Source: Octopus bimaculoides (lineage: Eukaryota). From it: a stretch of DNA of 64,000 bases. The position numbers were made by a program, and so were the translations under genes. Below, one piece after another: positions 24,631-37,483 of the stretch. Numbering within the stretch: the stretch's first letter is position 1; each line of letters begins with the position of its first letter. The stretch covers positions 13,011,166 through 13,075,165 of the forward strand of contig NC_069004.1 in NCBI RefSeq assembly GCF_001194135.2. Direction: 5' to 3'. The notes below the pieces were generated by a model that saw only the letters and a list, made by a program, of their open reading frames with translations, was not told the DNA's origin and did not search any database.

Positions 24631-25275
24631 GCCTGTGGTAATGCCACAAGTGTGCTGGTCTGGAACCAATTGAGGCACTTGGTTTTGAATTGATGGTTTC
24701 TTTTTTTCTTCCTCTTTTTCCTTTCTTTTTCTCCTTTTATTTTTCTTCATTCATGTTTGCGTTTTCTTCAGTCTTGGACTCGTATTTTAATGCGGTTTTG
24801 TAAGAGAGTTGCATACAAAAGTGCCAATCACTTAAAGTGGATGGAGCTTGTGGGAGAGGAAGACCCAGGAAGACCCAGGAAGAGATGATGTATTGAGGAC
24901 TGATCTCAAAACGCTGAGCCTTACAAAGGAGATGACAAAGGACCAGAATGTGTGACACACTGCTGTACACAAGAAGACCTGTCCACCACAGCAGACTTGA
25001 TACTGGTGCTGGTGCCACACTAAAAACATCCAATACATTCTGTGGAGTTGTTGGCAGTAGGAAAGGCATCCATTTGTAGAAACCATGCCTGAAGAGACAA
25101 TGAAACCTGGTGCTTCCCCCAGCTTTACTAACTCTGGTTAAACTGTTCAATTCATTCCAGCATGGAAAATGGATGTAAAGTGAGGATGAAGATGATAATG
25201 ATGTATCATATACATACGTGTCATATATGTAATAAAACTATATATATAATCATCCTAACCAGGACTACCACATTA

Positions 25276-25699
25276 TGTTGGCGAATAATCTTTAGAAGGG
25301 TACTGTTATTGAATGTCTCTCATTCAGAGATTCAGAAATAATAATTTTTCTATTAGATCAGTGACTGTGTGTCACTTTGAAAATTATATATTTTCAACAA
25401 GAGTTTATAGCAGAGTTATTCTGTGCTGATGAAGACAAAGTAACCCAGAAACCGTGGTATGCAGATATTGCGTGCCACGGTTTGTATGTATGTATGTATG
25501 TATGTATGTGTGTGTGTGTGTGTGTGTGACCACAATAAACGTATTTAAAGTTATCACCTTTATTCCGTGTGTTTCGTTACCGGGTTCTTACCACAATAAC
25601 ATTACAGCCTTCTGAGCGGAGTCACATAAGATGGACTAAAGTGTTGACCCCGACGCCGAAAATACAACCTATCCATCTAAAGTGGTGACCCGACGTGAT
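25276..25699 (+). mobile_element. LTR remnant followed by a tRNA-Trp primer-binding site
   Basis: TGTTGG start (boundary uncertain), AATAAA at 25534, TGGTGACCCGACGTGAT at 25683-25699 (17 of the 18 nt of the tRNA-Trp PBS TGGTGACCCCGACGTGAT). Confidence 0.6.
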
Positions 25700-26748
25700 G
25701 TGGACACTTATCCTTCTAACTATATATACACACACGATGGGCTTCTTTCCGTTTCCGTCTACCAGATCCGTTCACAAGGCTTTGGTCGGTCCGAAGATAT
25801 AGTAGAAGTCACGTGCCTAAGGTGTCACGCAGTAAGACTGAACCCGAAAACCATGTGGTTGAGAAACAAGCTTCTTACCACACAATCACGCCTACATGAT
25901 ATATATAATACAAAACAACACTAAAATTCAAATCCCAAAACGAAGAAAACAAACATTAATGGGAAGAAAGAAAGAAAGAAAAATAAAAATAAATATCAAT
26001 TCAACACCAAGTGTCTGAATTGGTCGCTCATCACAAACAAAATACTATTGAAAAATCTAATATAAGGGGAAACAACTCTTGCATAACAGATATATCATAC
26101 CTTTCTGGAGTCAGGACGATTCCAGTATTTAAAATCTGTCCTTCCTTTAGTTCTTGANNNNNNNNNNNNNNNNNNNNNNNNNNNNNNNNNNNNNNNNNNN
26201 NNNNNNNNNNNNNNNNNNNNNNNNNNNNNNNNNNNNNNNNNNNNNNNNNNNNNNNNNNNNNNNNNNNNNNNNNNNNNNNNNNNNNNNNNNNNNNNNNNNN
26301 NNNNNNNNNNNNNNNNNNNNNNNNNNNNNNNNNNNNNNNNNNNNNNNNNNNNNNNNNNNNNNNNNNNNNNNNNNNNNNNNNNNNNNNNNNNNNNNNNNNN
26401 NNNNNNNNNNNNNNNNNNNNNNNNNNNNNNNNNNNNNNNNNNNNNNNNNNNNNNNNNNNNNNNNNNNNNNNNNNNNNNNNNNNNNNNNNNNNNNNNNNNN
26501 NNNNNNNNNNNNNNNNNNNNNNNNNNNNNNNNNNNNNNNNNNNNNNNNNNNNNNNNNNNNNNNNNNNNNNNNNNNNNNNNNNNNNNNNNNNNNNNNNNNN
26601 NNNNNNNNNNNNNNNNNNNNNNNNNNNNNNNNNNNNNNNNNNNNNNNNNNNNNNNNNNNNNNNNNNNNNNNNNNNNNNNNNNNNNNNNNNNNNNNNNNNN
26701 NNNNNNNNNNNNNNNNNNNNNNNNNNNNNNNNNNNNNNNNNNNNNNNT

Positions 26749-27962
26749 TAGTTGACTTTTCAATTTCTGAAGCGCTTAAGATGTTGGTTAAAGATTTTTA
26801 CAATGTGATTAGCGACGAGACGAAGGCAGTTGCATTTTTACGAAAAAATAGCCTTTTAGATGATGAAAAAAATCTTGCACCATGTCATCGTTGTGGTGGA
26901 GAAATGAAGGAAGCCCGAAGAAAAAGGGAAAAACGGTAAAATTTTGCCAACTTCACATAGTAAGTATTTTGAAAAAAAAATAAAGTTAACAATGCTAAGC
27001 ATGTGCAAAAGAATTTATTAATAAATTGAATCGCAATTTGATGAAGATGAAATACAAATTTGAATAATTTTATCGATGAATTGAACAAACATCCGCTAGA
27101 AACGCAAGAAAAAGGTTTTCAGCACCCTTCCTCACCTGTAGTCAACAGAAATAATCAAAGCAAGATTGGGAAGGTTTCTCTCATCTTTTTCAAAATACAA
27201 ATTTTCGAATCCAACCAGGTTCTTTCAATTGCTTGAGTATTGGTTCCAGTGTTTGGATCACATAATGTCTTTGGTGGTTGACAGTAGAATGGTAGAAGTT
27301 TGGACGATTTAGACTGGAATATGCTGGCCATTCGTCGGAATGAATAATCAAATTTTCTGCAACTTCTCTCTGAATTATGGGTTCAAGTGTTTCATGATTT
27401 CTTTTTTCTACATAAAAATGTCGGCAATCTACATCTTTCTTCAATCCAAAGACCCAGGGTCCATCAATGCATCTTACATGGTTTCTGTTGTTTTCTACTT
27501 TACCTTCACCGTCAGTTGAATCAAGGACATGGTCTCCTTGCAGCATTCTGCCTCTGTTGTATTTTCAGCGTCCTGCAGGCCGAGCGTCAAAGATTTGCAT
27601 AAGTTCTTCCTTTTCTACTGTTTTCTGAGCAATTGTAAAAAATCGTAGAAACAATTTGTGAACAAACTTCACGACACATGTTGAACTAATCACATATTGA
27701 TTCGGTACCGCTACCCGTTAACTGATGCACCTTATCATAGAAGACATCTTGAATAAAATGAAAAGGTAATTCTAAAATTTGACACAGAGAAAGATTGCAA
27801 TGGATTTTGTTATTTAAATCAGTATAATAGAAAAAAAAAAAAATTTCTGGTGTGGAAAGACTGGTAAGTTTGGCAGTCGCGAGTTTTACAACGTAAATTA
27901 AACTAAAAAGTAACCTAATATAATCGCCCTTTAAGTTGTAGATTACACGCCAAAGTAGCACC
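26749..27962. mobile_element. Merlin (ISXO2/IS1016-like DDE) transposon with internal inversion; left end lost in the N gap
   Basis: Plus strand N-terminus with PCHRC; minus strand LRCKTRDC, FNMCREVCS, RKYNRGR, GPWVFG, IIHSDEWPAY, HSTVNH, GA.TQAIE; terminus ...CCAAAGTAGCACC (GG-type TIR). Confidence 0.85.
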
Positions 27963-29936
27963 TCTATATCTATGTGTCTGTGTGTGGGGGTACACACACA
28001 CACACACATTTGTTGTTGACTGTGTTTTTGTTTAAGCTGATAATGCCTAAAGAGCTAGAAACATGTCTGGGAATCTAACAGGGGGGCAGCACTGGACAGA
28101 TATGATGTTTTTACAACTTTTTTACCATAAGAGAACATTTTTTTTCTCCACAGTAACTGCAGTGAATTTGTCTTTAGAAGTATGTCACAAATATATATAT
28201 ATATATATATANNNNNNNNNNNNNNNNNNNNNNNNNNNNNNNNNNNNNNNNNNNNNNNNNNNNNNNNNNNNNNNNNNNNNNNNNNNNNNNNNNNNNNNNN
28301 NNNNNNNNNNNNNNNNNNNNNNNNNNNNNNNNNNNNNNNNNNNNNNNNNNNNNNNNNNNNNNNNNNNNNNNNNNNNNNNNNNNNNNNNNNNNNNNNNNNN
28401 NNNNNNNNNNNNNNNNNNNNNNNNNNNNNNNNNNNNNNNNNNNNNNNNNNNNNNNNNNNNNNNNNNNNNNNNNNNNNNNNNNNNNNNNNNNNNNNNNNNN
28501 NNNNNNNNNNNNNNNNNNNNNNNNNNNNNNNNNNNNNNNNNNNNNNNNNNNNNNNNNNNNNNNNNNNNNNNNNNNNNNNNNNNNNNNNNNNNNNNNNNNN
28601 NNNNNNNNNNNNNNNNNNNNNNNNNNNNNNNNNNNNNNNNNNNNNNNNNNNNNNNNNNNNNNNNNNNNNNNNNNNNNNNNNNNNNNNNNNNNNNNNNNNN
28701 NNNNNNNNNNNNNNNNNNNNNNNNNNNNNNNNNNNNNNNNNNNNNNNNNNNNNNNNNNNNNNNNNNNNNNNNNNNNNNNNNNNNNNNNNNNNNNNNNNNN
28801 NNNNNNNNNNNNNNNNNNNNNNNNNNNNNNNNNNNNNNNNNNNNNNNNNNNNNNNNNNNNNNNNNNNNNNNNNNNNNNNNNNNNNNNNNNNNNNNNNNNN
28901 NNNNNNNNNNNNNNNNNNNNNNNNNNNNNNNNNNNNNNNNNNNNNNNNNNNNNNNNNNNNNNNNNNNNNNNNNNNNNNNNNNNNNNNNNNNNNNNNNNNN
29001 NNNNNNNNNNNNNNNNNNNNNNNNNNNNNNNNNNNNNNNNNNNNNNNNNNNNNNNNNNNNNNNNNNNNNNNNNNNNNNNNNNNNNNNNNNNNNNNNNNNN
29101 NNNNNNNNNNNNNNNNNNNNNNNNNNNNNNNNNNNNNNNNNNNNNCAATATATATATCAAATCTCTATGATGAACGGCAAGCCGCTGTTAGTCATGCAAA
29201 TGTGTGTGTGTGTTTCTGTGTGTATTTGGACTATGTATCACTTCAATGGAGGTGGGGTGGGGGTGGGGGGTCATACAATGAGCAAGATTCAGAGATTAGG
29301 AATCTTAGCAGTTCAAGTCTATGTATTGTCAGGTTTGATAATTTTATCAGTTTAAAAGGTCCGTTCTTCCGGAGGTTGGATTAGGTGGGTTGAGTTGAAA
29401 GGTGGGTGGTTGGTTGAGGGATGATGTTCCAAAAGAAATGTCCTGTTGCTAGTAACATACTGTATGCAATAGATACAGGTGAAAAACAGCTACATGCAAC
29501 TACTACTACAACTACTAATAATATGATCAGTATTTATAATAGTAGTAGTAGTAGTAGTAGTAGTAATAATGACTATAAAGGAGAAGTTTTTGTATTATAA
29601 AAAAAGAGGATGTGTTGATGTTCATGCCTTTCACAACATCAAAATGAAACGAGCTGAAGATGGCCTCAATCGAGAGTAAAATCTAAAACGTGTTACACTT
29701 TTCATTCATGAGAATTTCCTTCTTATATTGCTAGCCAATATTCTTCTTGGATTTACAAAAATAAAAGTCCAAATATGAAAAGAGAATGTCATGGAGATTG
29801 TGTGATGTTCGTGTTCGTCTCCATAGTAATAATTTTAACCAGAAGCACAAGGCCCATACATTTTGGAAGAAGAATATAATTGATTGGATTGAATCCCCCT
29901 ATACTTAACTGGTGCCTTTATTTTATTAATCCTGGA

Positions 29937-30218
29937 ATGAAGAAAAAAAAAAAGGCAAAGGAAAAATGGGAAAAAAAAAACAATGAAAACAGAAATGAGA
30001 AAAAAAAAAGGCAAAGGAAAAATGGGAAAAAAAAACAATGAAAAAAGAAATGAGAAAAAAAAAAAGGCAACGGAAAAATGGGGAAAAAAAAACAATGANN
30101 NNNNNNNNAAAATGGGAAAAAAAAACAATGAAAAAAGAAATGAGAAAAAAAAAAAGGCAACGGAAAAATGGGGAAAAAAAAACAATGAAAAAAGAAATGA
30201 GAAAAAAAAAAGGCAAAG
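29937..30218. repeat. Purine-rich minisatellite, about 56-bp unit, about 5 copies, with a gap
   Basis: GGCAA(A/C)GGAAAAATGGG(A)nCAATGAAAAAAGAAATGAG(A)n recurs at 29954, 30010, 30066 and onward. Confidence 0.85.
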
Positions 30219-30694
30219 ATGACATCCAGGATTTGAACTCAAAACATAAAGAAATGCAACTTAATGTTGGTTTCAAATTTTGGCAAAAAGCCAGTAGTTT
30301 CAGGGTAGCAAGCTAGTTGATAACATTGACCCCAGTATTCAACTGGTATTTATTCTATCAACCTTGAAACGATGAAAAGTAAAGTTGACCTCGGTGGAAT
30401 TTGAACTCAGAACGTAAAGATGACTGAAATGCTGCTAAGCATTTTGTCCGGCGTGCTAGCTAACAATTCTGCCAGCTTGCAGCCTTAGAGATGCAACTAA
30501 ATATCGCAAGGTATTTTCTCTGTTGCTCTACCAATTCTCTCGATCCACTACCCTTTCAATAACAACAATTTATTTTGATTAAACACAAGGCTGATTTTTT
30601 TTTAATGGGGGTGGGGATTGGGGGTGGAGAATGTAAATATTTAAATAAATTCATTTTCATTCAACTGGTTTTGATCCGACTCTGGATCAGGCCA

Positions 30695-31203
30695 TAGCAT
30701 GTACTGACATACTGGTTGTATGCCTACCTGTCCATGCTGGCCATTTGTGAGATGCATGACCGAGACCTTTGGAAATGTGCTGTGCGTGAGAAGACCCGGC
30801 AAGCCAAGTAAGATCGTTGCCAGTGCCCCTGGACTGGCTCTTGTGCAGGTGGCACATGAGATGCACCATTTTGAGCGTGGCCATTGCCAGTACCGCCTGA
30901 CTGGCTCCCGTAGGATTTTCGAGTGAGATCGTTGCCAGTGCCCCTGGACTGGCCTGTGCGGGTGGCACATAAAAGACACCATTTCGAGCGTGGCCGTTTT
31001 CGTGCGGGTGACACGTAAAAGCACCCACTACACTCTCTGAGTGGTTGGCGTTAGGAAGGGCATCCAGCTGTAGAAACTCTGCCAAATCAGATTGGAGCCT
31101 GGTGTTGCCATCCGGTTTCACCAGTCCTCAGTCGAATCGTCCAACCCATGCTAGCATGGAAAGCGGACGTTAAACGATGATGATGATGATGATGATGATG
31201 ATG
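30695..31203 (+). mobile_element. Young-looking RTE 3' end (ORF end, 3' UTR, (GAT)n tail)
   Basis: DRDLWKCAVREKTRQAK*, CpG-rich intact UTR, 10+ GAT repeats. Confidence 0.88.
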
Positions 31204-31932
31204 GGTTGTTCCATGGTCAGTAAATTACAAGTACAATACTTCAGTGATCTGAGGGGGAACAAAAAGAGACATGTCAGACCAGAGACCATAAGTTTCACAC
31301 AGTTCTGCTCAACATTGCTTCTGTCATACCAACACTCAGGTTTGTAGGGAAGGGAGAGTCAAAATCTAACCCTAGGTTATTTTTTTAATTTATTTATTGA
31401 CTATCTTCTCCAGAAGAAGACAGAGCAAAGTCAAACCTGGTGAGGTTTGACGTCAGAACATAAAACAACAGAACTAAATTATGCAGGGCATCCTTGACTA
31501 TTTCTCCCACCTCAAAATCAATAATAATGATAATAATAATCCTTTCTACTGAAGGCACAAGGCCTGAAACTTGGTGGGGAGGGGACTAGTCAATAACACA
31601 TTTTCCATGTGTGTATATTTTTGATGTCATAGTAATTTTATAAACTTTCAAGAGAATGTGAAATATTTCTTTTTTGGAATAGGTATCTTGAAACACACAC
31701 ATAACGCTATGAAAAATAGCATGGAAATACTGGGCTGTAAAACACTTTTGGACTGAAAAAGTCAAAGATGTAGGTTCACATTCAATGGGCAGCCTTCAAT
31801 GTTTCTATCCAAAAGGGAATTTCAACCCCACATTTAAATTTCATTATTTATATCTTTATATGTGTTTTTTGAGATTTACTATTACAAAAAAGAAATATAT
31901 ATATATATATATACACACACACATATATATAT

Positions 31933-31972
<40 letters not shown>

Positions 31973-32086
31973 TCATCCAAAATGGAGATGAGTATCTATA
32001 CTTCCATATGGTATGCTTGAACAATTGTGAAGATCTCTTCACATGAAACCATTGGTTGTCTTGTTAACCCACAAACAAAAGCATGA

Positions 32087-32151
<65 letters not shown>

Positions 32152-34131
32152 TATATCTCTAGACACATATGCAGACACAAGTGCACACACACACATACAC
32201 ACAAGCGTGTGTGCACACCCACATACAGACGTATGAATAAGGAAGTAAACGAAGGCTAACAAAACTGCCAACCCATACAAATCTTATAATTCCCTTCATT
32301 ACTGAGAGAATTTACCATTTCTCCATCTCAGACATTAGGACATTAGCGTATTTCTATTCTCACATTTTTATTTTAAAGTCAAATATTGCAATTGTATTAG
32401 TTCCAAATTTTGGCATAAAGCCAGCAAGTTCGGGGGAGAGGGTAAGTTGATTACATCGACCCCCAGTGTTCAACTGGTATTTATTTTATCAACCCTGAAA
32501 GCGATGAAAGGCAAAGTAGACCTCAATGGTATTAGAATTCAGAATGAAAAGACGGATGAAATTCCTCTAAGCATTTTGCCTGGAGTGGTAACGGTTCTGC
32601 CAGCTTACTGCCTAGAAACATTGCAATCATATTAAAGCTCCAGGTTCTGCAGAACTGTCATGGACAATGTTTATCAACCACTATCATCAACATGGGCGAG
32701 GCCTCTAAATGGTCGTTTAAGCTACTAGAAATAGCAGCCAAATCTCCCTCAAGTCACACCCCACCATCATAAAACAAAGCTGCACACATTGAATAATACT
32801 ATACCATGTCTGAAAATAAGACAGAATGGTCATAGATGGAGCGTCCTTTATTCTGGAACAGCTCTGATCAATAGACCTATAATTAAGTAAATTCCAGTTA
32901 TGAGTACAGTCTACCTAAGACTACATTAGTCAATGATGTTGTTCAAAGGAGACTTTTGGAAATGGATCAGGGCTGCCCAACACTACCCCATATGTATCAA
33001 TATACACTAACATACTACCCCAACACCATTACACACACCACAACTACCACCCCACCATAACTATCACAGATTAGATTAGGAACCACTGAAGGTGAAGGTA
33101 TAAACCAAAGTTTGGTTCAGCTTTTGAAGTAATAGAGTGGAGGTGATATTAAAATTGCACTGAACATTTGTGTGTGTATAAACATACACAACTAGGTATA
33201 CATACGCATACATATATACACTCATCAACAAATATACAACAGGGTTGAAGGAAAACATCTTGTGCAGACAAACATTCTGTATATATCTTTTATCTTTTAC
33301 TTGTTTCAGTCATTTGACTGCAGCCATACTGGGGCACTACCATGAGGAATTTTTAGTTGGTTGAATCAACCCCAGTACTTATTCTATCAGTCTCTTTTGC
33401 TGAACCACTAAGTTATAGGGATATAAACAGACACAAACAAACATATAATATATATATATATATATGATGGCTATTTCAGTTTCTGCCTACCAAATCAACT
33501 CACAAAACTTTGGTTGGCCTGAGGTTATAGCAGAACTATAGAAGATACTTGCCCAAGATGGCAAGCAGTGGGACTGAACCTGGAACCATGTAGTTGGGAA
33601 GCAAACTTCTTACTGCATAGCCATACTTAGCTATACATGTGCATGTGTGTGTGTATGCATACACATACACACATGTATTTGTATGTATATATATGTATGT
33701 TTGTGTGTGTGCACTCACACACACTCACATACTATATGATGTGCTTTACCATAGAAATTAGGGCTCAATACCCAAAGCACATTAGACCCTCACATTCCAA
33801 TTTGTTTACTTAATGTACAAAGTAGTGAATATTTAGATTTAGGTTATAAAAGAGGAGAACAGCCTGAAAAAAATTGTAATAATCACAGAAAATAAATTAT
33901 TGAGATTTCAAAAACTTCATTATATAATATATAAATATATAGATGAGACTTAACAAGATCAAAACATGTCTGTAACATTCTTCAGTTGGCCTTAACAAAC
34001 ACAAGATCCAGTCATAAAGGTATTGTGTTTATTTTAAAGAAATTTGTATTAACTGATATCATCCGAGTTATTTTCCTCACCTATCTTAAAGCTTAAACAT
34101 CCCTTTGTGGAATTCTTATCATATAATTGCA

Positions 34132-34179
<48 letters not shown>

Positions 34180-34180
<1 letters not shown>

Positions 34181-34740
34181 GGTGGCATGTAAAAAGCACC
34201 TTTTGAGCTTTGAGCCTCATGGAGGCAAAGTGGCCAATGCCAGTGGCACTTGAAAAGTACCTTTTGAGTGTTGGGCCTCACAGAGACAATGACAAATGAT
34301 CGAGACCTTTGGCATTATGCCATGTTTGAGAAGACCCTTCAAGCCAAGTACACACACAATCACAATTGTGACAGATACCGGTGTCATACAAATGGCACCT
34401 GTGCTGGTGGCATGTAAAAGTACCCATTACACTCTTGGAGTGGTTGGCGTTAGGAAGGGCATCCAACCGTAGAATCCATGTCAAATCAGACTGGAGTCTG
34501 GTGCAGCCTTCCAGCTTGCCAACCTTGGTCAAACCATCTAACCCATGCCAGCATGAACAACGGATGTTAAATGATGATGATGATCATCATCATCATCAAT
34601 AAATATCTGTTTTCCATGCTGGCATGGGTTGAACGGTTTGAGAGGAGCCAGCCAGCTGAAGAACTGCCCAGGCTCTATTTGCCTGTTTTGGCTTGGTTCT
34701 TGGATGCCCTTCCTAATGCCAAACACTTCATTTCATGTTG
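34180..34740. mobile_element. Two RTE 3' ends joined tail-to-tail
   Basis: Plus copy ends ...GTTAAATGATGATGATGA, minus copy begins TCATCATCATCATC. Confidence 0.8.
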
Positions 34741-36166
34741 CTCCAGTCCACTCTGCTCATTAAAATGAGTAATCCTGTGATGGACTGGCNNNNNNNNNNN
34801 NNNNNNNNNNNNNNNNNNNNNNGGGGGGGGGGGGTGAGGGAGGAGATATATGCACCAAAGAAACCAGGAAACTGGTCCTGAGTCTATATAACTTGGAAAC
34901 GACCTTTATTATTATTATTATTACTATTATTATTATTATCATTATGATATATATATATATATATATATACAATACATATGAGAAGGGATGACCACAAAGT
35001 GGACATCCTTTATGCTAGAGATAGACCATCTACGGTCAAACCACTGGTTTTAAATTGGTATTAATTAAATTAATATCCAATTTATCACCCTTATTATCTA
35101 AATTTATATATATATATATATATATATATAACGACTGCATCATCCTTTTGAAGTCCAATTTTCCATGTTTGCATAGGTTGGACAGAGTTTACTGAAGCAG
35201 ATTTTCTATGGTTGGACATCCTACCTGTTATAAGCCCTCACCTATTCCCAAGCAAAGCAATATTTCCTCATGGCAAAGTATGTTCTTGCAGAATATCGGA
35301 AATGAATGACACCAGTTTGTAAGACAGTGACAATCATTTACAACTATCATTTGATATCAAGACAAGGACACACACACACACACAAATATGGTGGGTTCAA
35401 TTCAGTTTCTGTCAACCAAATTTACTCACAAGACTTTGGTTGGCAAGGACTATAGTAGAAGACACTTACCCAAGGTGCTATACAGTAGGACTGAACCCAA
35501 CATCTCATGCCTGTACTTAATGTATATATCATATATATNNNNNNNNNNNNNNNNNNNNNNNNNNNNNNNATATATATATATATATATATAATATATAGGT
35601 GCAGGTGTGGCTGTGTGGTAAGAAGCTTCCTTTCCAACCACATGGTTCCGAGTTCAGACACACTGTGTGACACTTTGGGCATGTGTTTTCTCAGGCTGAT
35701 TGATGCCTTGTAAGTGGATTTGACAGACTAGACAGAAACTGAAAAGAAGTCTATCGTGTGTATGTGTGTGTGTGTGTCCCACCACTGCTTGGCAACTAGT
35801 GATGGTGTGTTCATGTCCCTGTAACATTAGCGGTTTGGGAAAAGAGACCAATAGAATAAAGTACAAGGCTTAAAAAAACAAAAGTACTAAGGGTGATTTA
35901 TTTAGCTAAAAACCTTTCAAGGCAGTGCCCCGGCATGGTCACAGTCTAATGACTGAAACAGGTAAAAAAATAAAAGATATACATATATAAAATGTCTTTT
36001 ACTTTTCAACTGCTTCGACAGCAAGTCTGCAGAAAATGTTTGGGCATCATTGTCAGTGCAAGATACAGAAGTAATTACAGGTACTAAATGTATACACTAA
36101 GTTCTATGAGATTGTCTGCAGTAGAATATTGAGCACTTGGGTGTCTTATACAATACAAGCAGACAT

Positions 36167-37425
36167 AGCAGGCTGTTTGGGTTAAATTTGATGATTTTTT
36201 AAATGTCTCCTTTTTTTCTGGAACAGCTTGATACATTGGTGAGCAGTCAATGGTGTTGGGGGGGGCATGAGAAAAAGTTGGCTGATATGGAGGACTGGAA
36301 GCCATATGAATATTGAAAAAGGTTTGCCTGTATCAAGATGATTCATGCTGGGTGTCTAAATGCTGACATCATTAAGGCTACTCCATGCTCGTGAACATTG
36401 TCAAGGCTGTAAAACATGACATGAACAGCTGCAATGAAGACTATGGAAACCATGGCCTGCAGGTAGGGATATAGCAGGGATTTTGACTCTGTGTCTTGCA
36501 TGCCTGGATTCATCCAACAACCACAGGATAAGGTGATGGAAGATCTGAGCAAGGGATTCTGGGCTTTGGTGAGGGAGATGAGTGCTGGAGTCGCTACCAT
36601 GAAGATGGCCCTGAACGAGGACTTTTACTACCACTTGTACAAGAGGTACAAGGGAAAAATTCTGACGATCAAGATCAAGGAGACCCACTTGACAGATACA
36701 AAGAAGTTCCTGAACAAGCTGAGCCATCCTGTTGAGTCAGAGATGATCTAGTTCTTCTCAGATGAAAAGAACTTTTGTCTGGAACATTTGCACAACATCC
36801 AGAACAACAGGTGACGTACCAATCATGAAAACCAAGTTCCCCCAGACTGTGGTGGTCATTGGCTGTTTCCAGTGAGGATGATGCCATGCTACCCTACATC
36901 TTTGAACAGAGTCTAAGGCTCAATTCAGACAGCTACATGAAGCTACTGGAGACTGTGGTCAAACTCTGGCTGGTGAAGGTTGCTGCTGGAAAACCATATG
37001 TGTGGCAGCAGGATTTGGTTCTTTGTCATACTGCCAGAAAGAGTGAGAAGTGGTTGCTAGAGTATTTCTATGACTTTGCCAGCCCCAATTTCTAACCACC
37101 TAATTCCTCCATTTGTAATCCCATGAAATATTGTGTGGGACACCAATCCGCTCAGTCTGCAACACCAAGGCTGAGCTGGTGGCCAAGATCAAGGTGGTGT
37201 TTGAAGATCTTCCCAAGGGCACAGTGAGGAATGCATGTACTAGCTTCCAGAGCCGTCTTGAGGGCCATGGTTGAAGGTGAGGATGGCTACTTTGAGGAAA
37301 CTTATTTCCCAGCCATAATCTAGTTGATATTTTTTGATTTCTTAAAAGTACTTTTATTTTTGGATGGAATATTGATTTTTTTCTTCCTTTTGTTCAACTG
37401 TCAAATTTAGCCCAAACATCCTCTG
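36167..37425 (+). mobile_element. Decayed maT/DD37D-type Tc1/mariner transposon
   Basis: FFSDEKNF, PYIFEQSLRLNSDSYMKLL, YVWQQD, PPNSS.CNPM; TIRs CAGGCTGTTTGGGTTAAATTTGA / TCAAATTTAGCCCAAACATCCTCTG. Confidence 0.88.
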
Positions 37426-37449
37426 TGTGTGTGTGTGTGTGTGTGTGTG

Positions 37450-37483
<34 letters not shown>

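Noticed and set aside
26095-29384. Long ORFs of 222-430 aa in the ORF track
   Set aside because: They are mostly N gaps translated as X; the only real coding signal is the Merlin fragment
29835-30316. Lys-rich or Phe-rich small proteins
   Set aside because: Translation of an A-rich 56-bp minisatellite
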